64,000 bases of DNA, from the NCBI RefSeq assembly GCF_947568905.1, contig NC_079168.1, forward strand, positions 30,938,001 to 31,002,000. The letters run 5' to 3'. Made by a program: the position numbers and the translations under genes. Position 1 is the stretch's first letter. Each line of letters starts with the position of its first letter. Positions 23,501 through 35,500 of this stretch are shown here, piece by piece. Below the pieces are notes generated by a model. The model had not been told where the DNA came from. It worked only from the letters and a program-made list of their open reading frames with translations, and did not search any database. This DNA is from Ostrea edulis (lineage: Eukaryota).

Positions 23501-26500
23501 TAAGTATAAGAGAGTGAGATAGAGCTTGTTTTTTACTGCGTGTTTATAAGTATAAGAGAGTGAGAAAGGACTTGTTTTTTACTGCATGTTTATAAGTATA
23601 AGAGAGTGAGAAAGGACTTGTTTTTTACTGCGTGTTTATAAGTATAAGAGAGTGAGATAGAGCTTGTTTTTTACTGCGTGTTTATAAGTATAAGAGAGTG
23701 AGATAGAGCTTGTTTTTTACTGCGTGTTTATAAGTATAAGAGAGTGAGAAAGGACTTGTTTTTTACTGCATGTTTATAAGTATAAGAGAGTGAGAAAGGA
23801 CTTGTTTTTTACTGCGTGTTTATAAGTATAAGAGAGTGAGATAGGACTTGTTTTTACTGCGTGTTTATGATTTTCTATTTTCATTGAATGAATTATATGT
23901 CAGTATATACTTTTTAAAACTTTACAGCCTATAGTATTCTATGTTTTAAAACTTTACAGCCAATAGTATTCTATGTTTATAAAACTTTACAGCCAATTGT
24001 ATTCTATATTTTATAACTTTACAGCCCATAGTATTTGATACTATTTAAATTTTACAGCCAATAGTATTTTATGTTTTAAAACTTTACAGCCAATAGTATT
24101 CTATATTTTAAAACTTTACAGCCAATAGTATTCTATGTTTTAAAACTTTACAGCCAATAGTATTCTATATTTTAAAACTTTACAGCCAATAGTATTCGAT
24201 ACTTTTTTAAATGGAGAGTCCTCAACAAGTTCTTCCGATGATCTCGCAAAATGCATATTATCTCAAGAGCACAGAATACACATTTTGTTATGAAACAATT
24301 TCATGTCACAAGACAGCAGACATGTAAATTTCAGTGTTTTCATGATAAAAATTTCAGTTGTACATAGAGGGTTCCTGTTAGTCAGTTGTTACGGGGATTC
24401 TCATTCCAGTGTGGGGTTTGTATGAATGATAATTACATTATGGTATCACCAATCCAACTAGTTTAGTGTGGGGCCTGCTCCCCCATCCTCAAAATCAAGT
24501 ACTAGTTTCTTGAATTTGAAATTCAAAATTTACAACTATAAAGTTATATATACTTGTATTTCATGATGAACGCTGTAGAAGTATATCCATATTTAGACTG
24601 GTTTATTCGCCTGCCACAGCTGTTGGTTTTGTCACACAGTTTTCGTAATTTGAATTCCTGAAAATGTTGGAATTTGTCTTAGCTAGGCCAAAAAGAAAAT
24701 GAATCAAAAATATCCCATCATGCAATATACATGCAAGTTAAAATCCAAGAGCTTCTAAGGGCTTTGTCCTTTAAACCCCCAATCAGCGAGGTCCCTCAGT
24801 TTTGAACGCAATTTGAATTTCAGAAAAAATTTTACCCAGGCAAAAGTTGAGGAGCTGGATCTGGACCACAGCAGGACACAGTTTTCATTATCGAATCACC
24901 AAAAAATGACTGCAATATATCTTTGCCAGGCAAAAAAACAAAACAAAAACAGTGTGCAATGTAATGAATCTTTGCTAAAACCCTGGAGCTTTCCTAGGAC
25001 GTTGTTTTTATTTTGATTTACTTGCCTTTGGTTTTTCATGTTTGACAGAGTGGTATGACATTGACTAGTATTATTGGACCAGAAAAACATTGTTAATGAA
25101 AGGGGCATGAACTGAAAATTTGCAGATTTTTCCCTCCACATTTTTAATATAATCAAGGTATTTCTAATGATCAGCAAAAATATTTGAATACCAGTTGTTG
25201 GGTTGCAAGTGAGATACAGCACTCACAATTCTTAGTCATGTTTTTGTTTACACGTGACAAACACTGGGAGCTGTTTATCTCCAGAATCAACTTGTAAATT
25301 GAAAAAAACTCTGCTTTAACGAAACTTTTACTAGTATATTTAATGTATGTAAATGAAAACATGGCATGAGCCGTGTTTATATAACAAAGAATTGTGAGCG
25401 CTGTATCTCTATGATACATTGCATTGTAATTCAAATTTTTGCTGACCATCAGAAATACCTTCGTTAAGTATTGTAAACATTAAAATTGCAAAAATAAAAT
25501 TTGAACATTTTTAGTTCAAATCAAGTCCATGCCCCTTTAAGTGTGTACATGTGAAAAGTTGCCCCATTTGATGTAGAGGTTTATGAATTGGTAATTAATT
25601 TATGTGCTGTAGCACTGTAATTAGTCGGTAGGTAGAATGGAATCTGAAAACTTTCAAATTTTATCATATTTTTAGATTTTGTTTTGATATCATGTATTCT
25701 CTTTGACAGCTGACGGTATATGGTTACAAAGATGGGCCTTGCTACAGATGCCTTTACCCCAAGCCCCCTCCCCCAGAAACGGTCACAAACTGTTCTGATG
25801 GTGGGGTTCTAGGAGTCAGTAAGTGATTAGACTCAGTGGAAGATTACTACAATTTTCGTAGTATGTTAGAATCAGAAAACTACTCAGACAATCGTGTACT
25901 TATATTGTGGATTTAAACTGAAGTAGGGTTCACACATTAGATTAGGTCAATGTTCCATGATTTTGAATCTATCACCAAAGTATTAATTTTTCACCAGGCC
26001 TGGGGGTTATAAAACTTTTTAGAGCAAATTTTCATACTCAAACTCAAACTTTGTGCTCTAAATTGTACTCATACTCAAAAGTGAAGGAGGTAAAACTTTC
26101 ATAAAATAATTCTCATACTCAAATGGTGTACATGCTCAAGTTGTTTTGGGGTATGCTTTGGAGCTTGCTCAGAGTTGTACTCAAAACAAACATGACCGAG
26201 TTTGCATATGAGTACGATAAGTTTTATTACCTCCAGGCCAGATTTCAATGTTAGTATAACTACAGCACATTTTACTATTTTGTTTGATACTGTTGTAAAA
26301 TGATATTGTATTCCTGTATCCTGTTTAAAATTTTTGTTTCAACCATGTCAAGTTACAGTGGAAGTACAATGAATACAGAATTCAAAAAGGGTTTAACAAC
26401 CAATTATCTTTTTTTTTCTTTGAAAATTTAATAGTATTAGCACTGTATATATTGTATTGTATTACACAACTTGTGCTATTGATGATGAATGGCAAAATTA

Positions 26501-29500
26501 ATTTGGTACAGTTTGTGCGGTCAAGAATACATGTACACATTCCTCTGATTTAAAGGGGCATTAGCTGTCATTTTATTCACCAAAAATTGAATTCAATGAA
26601 ATTTGATTGCTCTATAATATATATTTTATTAATAACACCAGTATTTAAATATTTCAAACACTTTTAACCTCAAAACAGGCACATGAATATGTGCATTTTG
26701 GTGATTAAATAATTATTGTCTTACAAGTTTATAATTCTTCCTTACATATTTCTTTACTCTAAAAGTGGTTATCTAACATAGTTTTATTAGGTTTCTGTTC
26801 TTTTTGTACAAAATAAATGTTTTTTATTAGTCTTTAATATATATTCCCATGCCATTGAGAGATTTTGAGAGAAAAAAATGGTTTCACAGCTAATGCCCCT
26901 TTACAGTTATATTTGGCAGTGATTTTATGTAACCTATTGTTCCTTTAGTACCAGGGATCATCGGAAGCATGCAGGCGCTGGAGGCCATTAAAATAGCCTG
27001 TGGAATGGAGTGTATCCTTTCTGGAAAGGAAGCGTGGATCTGAGTGCAATTGACTCGGAGACAACTTTAGTTCTGTACTATAATGACAGAGATCTCAGTA
27101 CCTTTAAAAGTCAGGAACACCGGATAGAAAATTCTTATACTTTTGATGTTTGTAGGAATTTATAATAAAAATATTCACAGGTATCATTTTGTAGGGTAAG
27201 ATTAATGTAGGTAGGGGAGGGGAATGAACTGTATTTTCAAGACTTCAATATGAATACATATCAGATTCATACATGAATCAGATTCGAATGTGGATAGTGC
27301 ATCGTGGCTTGGATTTATCAAAAAGAATCTCAAATTGGAGTTTTCCTTTATTTGCATAAATAGTCAAGATTTTAGTAAATTCCCAAGTTTTAACTGAATT
27401 TCTTTTCCGAGAAATTCAGGCCAGGCCTGGATTTCTCGAAATAAACTTATGAAGTCAAAACTTGGACTTAAGTCTGAGATTTTACTCAAATTTTGACTAC
27501 TCAAATAGAAGAAAACTTAACTTTGAGATTTTTTTTAGAAATCCAGGCTAGGTACCTCAGGTTCTGCATGCTGTATACACTGAACATTGATTACATATTT
27601 ACCTACTCTGTTGTAACAATTACCATACACCATTAATCTTAACGGTCTAGTCTCCTTCTGGGTGACATCATGCTCATCACGACACAATGACACGTTTAAA
27701 TAACAGATTCCCTGACAGTTATGTCCCATCAACATGCCTTGTGTCAAAATGAACATAAAAAACATGATCTACCTCGTTAATCAGGAAATATTAATGAAAT
27801 ATTAATCGGTTGAAGACCTGCATTTTTATTCTACATGCGTGTAGGCCATGCAGATCTGCACATTGATATTAATCTTTTTACTCTCTCACTTTTCAACATT
27901 AGTTTTTGTAATGTTTACTATGATATGTCATTTCCACACATATTTTTGCAGTTTAAATTTTACATTGTAGTAATATTACCAAACCTTTTATATATTATTT
28001 GTAGAAATGAGATAGAATGCAAGTGTATGTATGTACGTGAAATGTCATTAAAACACACACTGGTATTATGGTATTGACAAATGCCATGTACGTATGTCTT
28101 TAATAAGAAAAATATAACTTAAATCTTGCACACAAACACTTGCTGAATTGATTTTCCAGTGACCTTGACCTTTATATTTAATCTTGAAAATATAGGAATT
28201 TTAAAAGATCTTTATACAAAGTACCAATCCTAAAAGTTTCACAAAAATTGGAATTCAAAATGAATGCAAATTAAATCTTGACAATGTCCTTCTATAGTGA
28301 CCGGTAACTTTCATGTTGAATGTTGAAAACTAAACTAAATCCTACATCTATAATGAATATCAACAGGTGCTTTACCTGTGATTTTTAAGCATCTGTTGCA
28401 TCATCATTACATTTAGCATCTGTTGCATCATCATTACAATTAGCATCTGTTGCTATTTGGAGTATATGTGTGATTCTAAATGTACACATTTGTGAATTCT
28501 TTATAACACCAAACATCTGAGAGCTGAACCAACAAAAACACAACGAAACAAATGTACAACCAAAGAAGAAAATTTTAAGGGGATAACAAATCATGCAGTT
28601 TTGCATTTGACATACTAAACACCCTCTTAGACTTGTTTTCCTCAACTTTAGCTTTATACACCCAAGACCCATTTCACAAAAAGCTTACAACTGAGATCAA
28701 AATTTAGAAACACTCTAACTTCCATCTCTTGCAGATTTTTTGAATTTGTATGATATTCCATGGTTGACATATATCTTGCATACATATCTGTGTATTCGAT
28801 TGAAAGACGAAAAGGGAATTTTTTATCATTATAACCATTAGATATTTTGAGAAGAGGACCATTGTTCAATACTACATTATCATAATAGTTTCATTTGCGT
28901 ACTTCAATAGCCCACCATTTTACATGTGTGTACATCTTCTGTTCTTGACAACACATATCTTAGTGTCCATTTTTCAGATTTTTAAGTGCCCAAGGCTGTC
29001 ATTGGGGTGAATATAGTCAGCTATTCATGATTGTGCATCTCCTTTTTTATCTCGTAAATGATGAGACAAAAATTGTTTTTCTTAACATATATAGCCTCAT
29101 TTTGCCAAAAAATGCTTTTGTTTGACGGTCAAGAAGGGATCTTTAGAACCATCAAACTGCGACCAAAACAGCCCAAATGCAGAGTTTGTGGGGACTCACC
29201 AGATATCACAGAATTGATTGATTATCAGCAGTTTTGTGGGTCACGGGCAGACGATAAGGTACTTGGCACTTTTATGATTTGGGAAGATGTAACTGTCTGA
29301 CAAATTATGTATTAGTGGTCGACGAGACTTGCGCTTATAGTCAACAATTGCAATGGAAAATATATCAATCTAAAGGGAAAGCACAGATTCATGTCATCAT
29401 GTGTTGGGATTAAATTTCTCTAAATAAAAACAGATTTTGCTACCATTGTAAGACCAGTGTTGAAGATGGAAAAACATTTTTTACTGGATTGTCCTTTATA

Positions 29501-32500
29501 CAAACATAATTTATATAAAAAAGTATTCAAAAATATCATACGATTATCCTGTATCTTGTTTACTGAATCCTCTTGATCTTGTATCTTCAAAGAAATTTCA
29601 AAATATTGTACATATCCACCATTTTTCATCCATATCAAAATTTTCTCTGGTGTAATATTTACTCCTCCTTTTATCAGACATTGATTTTTAATAGTTTTAA
29701 ATGATAATAATTAGCTACTTGCAACAAATGAATTCAGTGAATATGTATTTTATGTAAAGTAATGAATTATCACTTCAGTTCCATTTATCTGAATTGCCAA
29801 TGAATTTTCACACTGTGGTGACAATTTAATTTTTTATATAGAAAACAAAAACTTGGGATAATTTAAATTTTGTGAGGTTTGTGATAATTAAATTTTGTTT
29901 ATATTTTAGGAAAAGTCATTGAACCTGCTTGGAAAAGAGGAGCGAATAAGCGTACAGGTAGACATAAAAATTCAGGAAATTATCACAAAGTATGCCAATG
30001 TGAAAAAACTGCCCCATACAGGAATTTTTCTAATTTCTTTTACATCAAGAAGAAAAAGTTTTAGATATCCTTAAAGATTTCCTCAATGTATTGAATGACC
30101 TAACAGTTGAATTGATTTGCTTAATTTATCAGGAATAACTGTCTGTGTTTCCTTTTCTTATTGATCAATTACTCAACCTCTGAGCTTTATGGATCTATAA
30201 GTACTGTATAAGCAATAATGTGTTGCTTTTTATGTGCTTTATTGCTGTGGTTACATTACTGGTGCTAAGACTGAATAACAACATTTCTAACACAGGCAAA
30301 ATAAGAAGTTACGACACATTGTGTTGATCTTCGTTATAGCCCTCCGTGAAACAATACAATTGTTTGTCAGTCCACCCACTAACATCAATTTTAAAATAGC
30401 TCCTAACACTTCATAAAACATGATCAAATATGTCATTTTCCATGTGTCATAATGTTTGTGAAACCCCTTACAACTTGTCTTATCACCTTTACGTACTCAG
30501 AAGGAAGTTTCCTACCACCTGTTTGTGGGGAAATCTTGTCGCCAAACAGACAGCTTTCAATTAGCAGGAATATCGCATTCAGGACCACTTCAGCTTTTAT
30601 TCTATGTTTTATTATATTTCCTGTGGGAGCATTTCTTAGTTAGCAGGAATATCACAGTTAGGACTCATTTTATTTTATTATATATTTCTTGTGGGAGGGG
30701 AAGGAATTCTATTTGTACAGAGGAGCCTGACACTGTGATACTCCTTGTCTATTTACTTATGTTTCGTTTCTACGGTGACCTATCGGTCAAACGGTCAAAA
30801 TCTCCAGAGTGTGCTCGGTTCACAAGGTATAGGGCAAAATAGCCCTTTCACAGGTATCAATGATAAGAAAACTATTGTAAGTCTAGATCGCCTTTCAAAT
30901 TCCTTGCACTGGAAATTACAACTTTAAAAAAAATTGATTGTTAACAACCACAATCCATGAGTGTATTTTACTTTATATTGGGAGGTTTTTGCCTCATGTT
31001 AATTGCTTTTGCTCCAAACCATGGAAAGCACACTTGCCCTTTCCCCGTAGGCAACCATTTACAGTTCCTGTTCATCACTACAATAATAGTTCCACTGCAT
31101 GAGTTCACCAAAAGATAGGTATGATGATGCCCTTAGCATGCAGAATATCATCCCTGAATAAATCTGCTATTCATTATACAGTAAAACACAGTTATAGCAA
31201 ACTCCCAGAGCCAGTGAAAAACAGTTTGTTATAACCAAACTTCATTATACAGTAAAACACAGTTATAGCAAACTCCCAAAGTCAGCGAAAAACAGTCTGT
31301 ATTACACATTAAAACACAGTTATAGCAAACTCCCAGAGCCAGCGAAAAACGGTCTGTATTTAACAGTAAAACACAATTATAGCAAACTCCCAGAGCCAGC
31401 AAAAAACAGTCTGATATAACCAAACTTCATTATACAGTAAAACACAGTTATAGCAAACTCCCAGAGTCATTGAAAAATGGTCTGTATTATACAGTAAAAC
31501 ACAGTTATAGCAAACTCCCAGAGCCAGCAAAAAACAGTCTGTTATAACCAAACTTCATTATACAGTAAAACACAGTTATAGCAAACTCCCAGGGCCAGTG
31601 AAAAACAGTCTGTATTATACAGTAAAACACAGTTATAGCAAACTCCCAGACCCAGCGAAAAACAATCTGTTATAACCAAACTTCATTATACAGTAAAACA
31701 CAGTTATAGCAAACTCCCACAGCCAGCGAAAAATGGTCTGTATTTAACAGTAAAACACAGTTATAGCAAACTCCCACAGCCAGCGAAAAACAGTCTGTAT
31801 TATACAGTAAAACACAGTTATAGCAAACTCCCACAGCCAGCAAAAAACAGTCTGTTATAACCAAACTTCATTATACAGTAAAACACAGTTATAGCAAACT
31901 CCCAGGGCCAGTGAAAAACAGTCTGTATTATACAGTAAAACACAGTTATAGCAAACTCCCAGACCCAGCGAAAAACAATCTGTTATAACCAAACTTCATT
32001 ATACAGTAAAACACAGTTATAGCAAACTCCCACAGCCAGCGAAAAATGGTCTGTATTTAACAGTAAAACACAGTTATAGCAAACTCCCAGAGCCAGCGAA
32101 AAACAGTCTGTATTATACAGTGAAACACAGTTATAGCAAACTTCCAGGGCCAGTGAAAAACGGTCTGTATTTAACAGTAAAACACAGTTATAGCAAACTC
32201 CCAGAGTCATTGAAAAATGGTCTGTATTATACAGTAAAACACAGTTATAGCAAACTCGCAGAGCTAGTGAAAAACGGTCTGTATTTAACAGTAAAACACA
32301 GTAATAGCAAACTCCCAGAGCCAGCGAAAAACGGTCTGTATTTAACAGTAAAACACAATTATAGCAAACTCCCAGAGCCAGCAAAAAACAGTCTGATATA
32401 ACCAAATTTCATTATACAGTAAAACACAATTATAGCAAACTCCCAGAGCTAGTGAAAAACGGTCTGTATTTAACAGTAAAACACAGTAATAGCAAACTCC

Positions 32501-35500
32501 CAGAGCCAGCGAAAAACGGTCTGTATTTAACAGTAAAACACAATTATAGCAAACTCCTAGAGCCAGCAAAAAACAGTCTGATATAACCAAATTTCATTAT
32601 ACAGTAAAACACAATTATAGCAAACTCCCAGAGCCATCGAAAAACGGTCTGTATTATACAGTAAAACACAGGTATAGCAAACTCCCAGAGCCAGTGAAAA
32701 ACAGTTTGTTATAACCAAACTTCATTATACAGTAAAACACAGTTATAGCAAACTCCCAGACCCAGCGAAAAACAGTCTGTATTTAACAGTAAAACACAGT
32801 TATAGCAAACTCCCAGAGCCATCGAAAAACGGTCTGTATTTAACAGTAAAACACAGTTATAGCAAACTCCCAGAGCCAGCGAAAAACAATCTGTTATAAC
32901 CAAACTTCATTATACAGTAAAACACAGTTATAGCAAACTCACACAGCCAGCGAAAAATGGTCTGTATTTAACAGTAAAACACAGTTATAGCAAACTCCCA
33001 GAGCCAGCAAAAAACAGTCTGTATTATACAGTAAAACACAGTTATAGCAAACTCCCAGGGCCAGTGAAAAACGGTCTGTATTTAACAGTAAAACACAGTT
33101 ATAGCAAACTCCCAGAGCCAGCAAAAAACAGTGTGTTAAAATCAAACTTCATTATACAGTAAAATACAGTAATAGCAAACTCCCAGAGCCAGCGAAAAAT
33201 GGTCTGTATTTAACAGTAAAACACAGTTATAGCAAACTCCCAGAGCCAGCGAAAAACAGTCTGTATTATACAGTAAAACACAGTTATAGCAAACTCCCAG
33301 AGCCAGCGAAAAACAGTCTGTTAAAATCAAACTTCATTATACAGTAATAGCAAACTCCCAGAGCCAGCGAAAAATGGTCTGTATTATACAGTAAAACACA
33401 GTTATAGCAAACTCCCACAGCCAGCGAAAAACAGTCTGTTGTAACCAAACTTCATTATACAGTAATACACAATTATAGCAAACTCCCAGACCCAGCGAAA
33501 AACAATCTGTTATAACCAAACTTCATTATACAGTAAAGCAGTTATAGCAAACTCCCAGAGCCAGCGAAAAATGGTCTGTATTTAACAGTAAAACACAGTT
33601 ATAGCAAACTCCCAGACCCAGCGAAAAACGGTCTGTATTTAACAGTAAAACACAGTTATAGCAAACTCCCAGACCCAGCGAAAAACAGTCTGTATTATAC
33701 AGTAAAACACAGTTATAGCAAACTCCCAGACCCAGCGAAAAACAGTCTGTATTTAACAGTAAAACACAGTTATAGCAAACTCCCAGACCCAGCGAAAAAC
33801 AGTCTGTATTATACAGTAAAACACAGTTATAGCAAACTCCCAGACCCAGCGAAAAGCAGTCTGTATTATACAGTAAAACACAGTTATAGCAAACTTCCAG
33901 AGCCAGCGAAAAACAGTTTGTTATAAGCAGTCTTTGTTATATTGAGTTAGAATTTTGTTATTTTGGAATATTTCCACAAATATATACCCCCCCCCCCCTC
34001 CCTGTTTTGTTTTCTCTCCCCTTTTAAGAATGTTACATAGTTCCTTTTGTTTGCTTAATGGAAAGCAAATCTACCAACCAATAAAAAAATTCTTATTTTC
34101 ATGATTCAGACTGTAGTATCTTACTTTTAGCTGCATCGGTCTGTCATTTGGCCGCAGACATCTGAAGTTTGGACATTATTCTAACACACACCCTCCCTTT
34201 CTGTTCTGAATTTTTATTTTGAAGTGATAATTTCTCTGAAATGTGTGCATTCCCTGTCTATCCCATCCCAATTATTGATTTATGTAATTGCATGTCTCAC
34301 GCTTTTCATAAGCTTATAGAGATTGACCTTCTACCGGTATAATATTTTAGCAACTGTACCATAGTTTAAATTCATCTTGGAAATAATTTCTAACAGAAAG
34401 AAGTTGTCTATTAAATGTTGTGTTCTTGATTTACAGGAATATAAACAGATTCTGGACAATGGACAAAAGCATGTGTTAATTGACGTGAGAATGCAGGTGG
34501 AAATGGAGATATGTCAGCTGCCCACTGATAATTTCAGTATCCTTATTTCCATGTCTTTGAAGTGTACTATAAATATTAAGGGTCAATATGTACTAGACTC
34601 TTATTCATGGTCATTTATTTTGAGCCATTCATTTGTTTTCTTCTTTCCACTACCAGTCATCTAGCTGCAATAATGTAACCCTCTCCAACTTTTTTTTCTC
34701 TCCTGAAAACGTCAGGAAAAAAAAAATCAGAGAGGACTACATTATTGAAGCTACCAGTCATCATGTGAAATGCTTAATGATATTTTTAGACATTTTCATG
34801 AATTTTTGTGGTTGATGTTTTTCATTTGGGAAATAGCATGCAGCTACTGTTGATCATTAGATTTTGTGAGGGATTATTTTTCATGGATTTTCAAGCCACA
34901 ACAAAATACACAATCTACAGTACTTGGCCATCAATCTAATTAAAACCAGATCTTCAATCCGCTCCTCTATTGGCCATGTCGCCTTCAATGCGACATGGCC
35001 AATAGAGGAGCAGATTGAAGATCTGGTTTTAATCAGATTGCTTAGCCATGAGTATGTTCCCAAAGAAAATGTCCACTATATATTTCATGGAAAACCATAT
35101 ATTTTCAAAATTTTCGCTTGGAGCTAATTTTTCCTCTATTTGGATGGAATAAGCAACATTTTATTCAGAATTATCTTAAATAACTGTTATAATTTTTTAA
35201 AAAAATGTTATGATGCAATATTGCAGAGAGATAACATTTTATTCATAATGTTGATTTTTTTAATTCCAAAATTACACATACTTATAGAAAGAGCAAGTAC
35301 TCTCAAATCAAACTTTATAGATAGAGTTTCTAAGGCTGAACTGATCAAATTTCCTGATAGCTGGCAGAAGATGACTACAGTAGTCTTGAATTTTGCATGA
35401 CCCCCAACACAGAGTTCACATGACCTCAGAGTAATGGGAAAAGGATCTGAGAGTAGATCTCATTGATAATTTGATAGAGGTTCCATTTTCCATAGGGAAC

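Noticed and set aside
31229-33519. Many Cys/Leu-rich ORFs (…[12 protein letters not shown]…)
   Set aside because: Products of the 57-bp (19-codon) satellite unit inside an intron.
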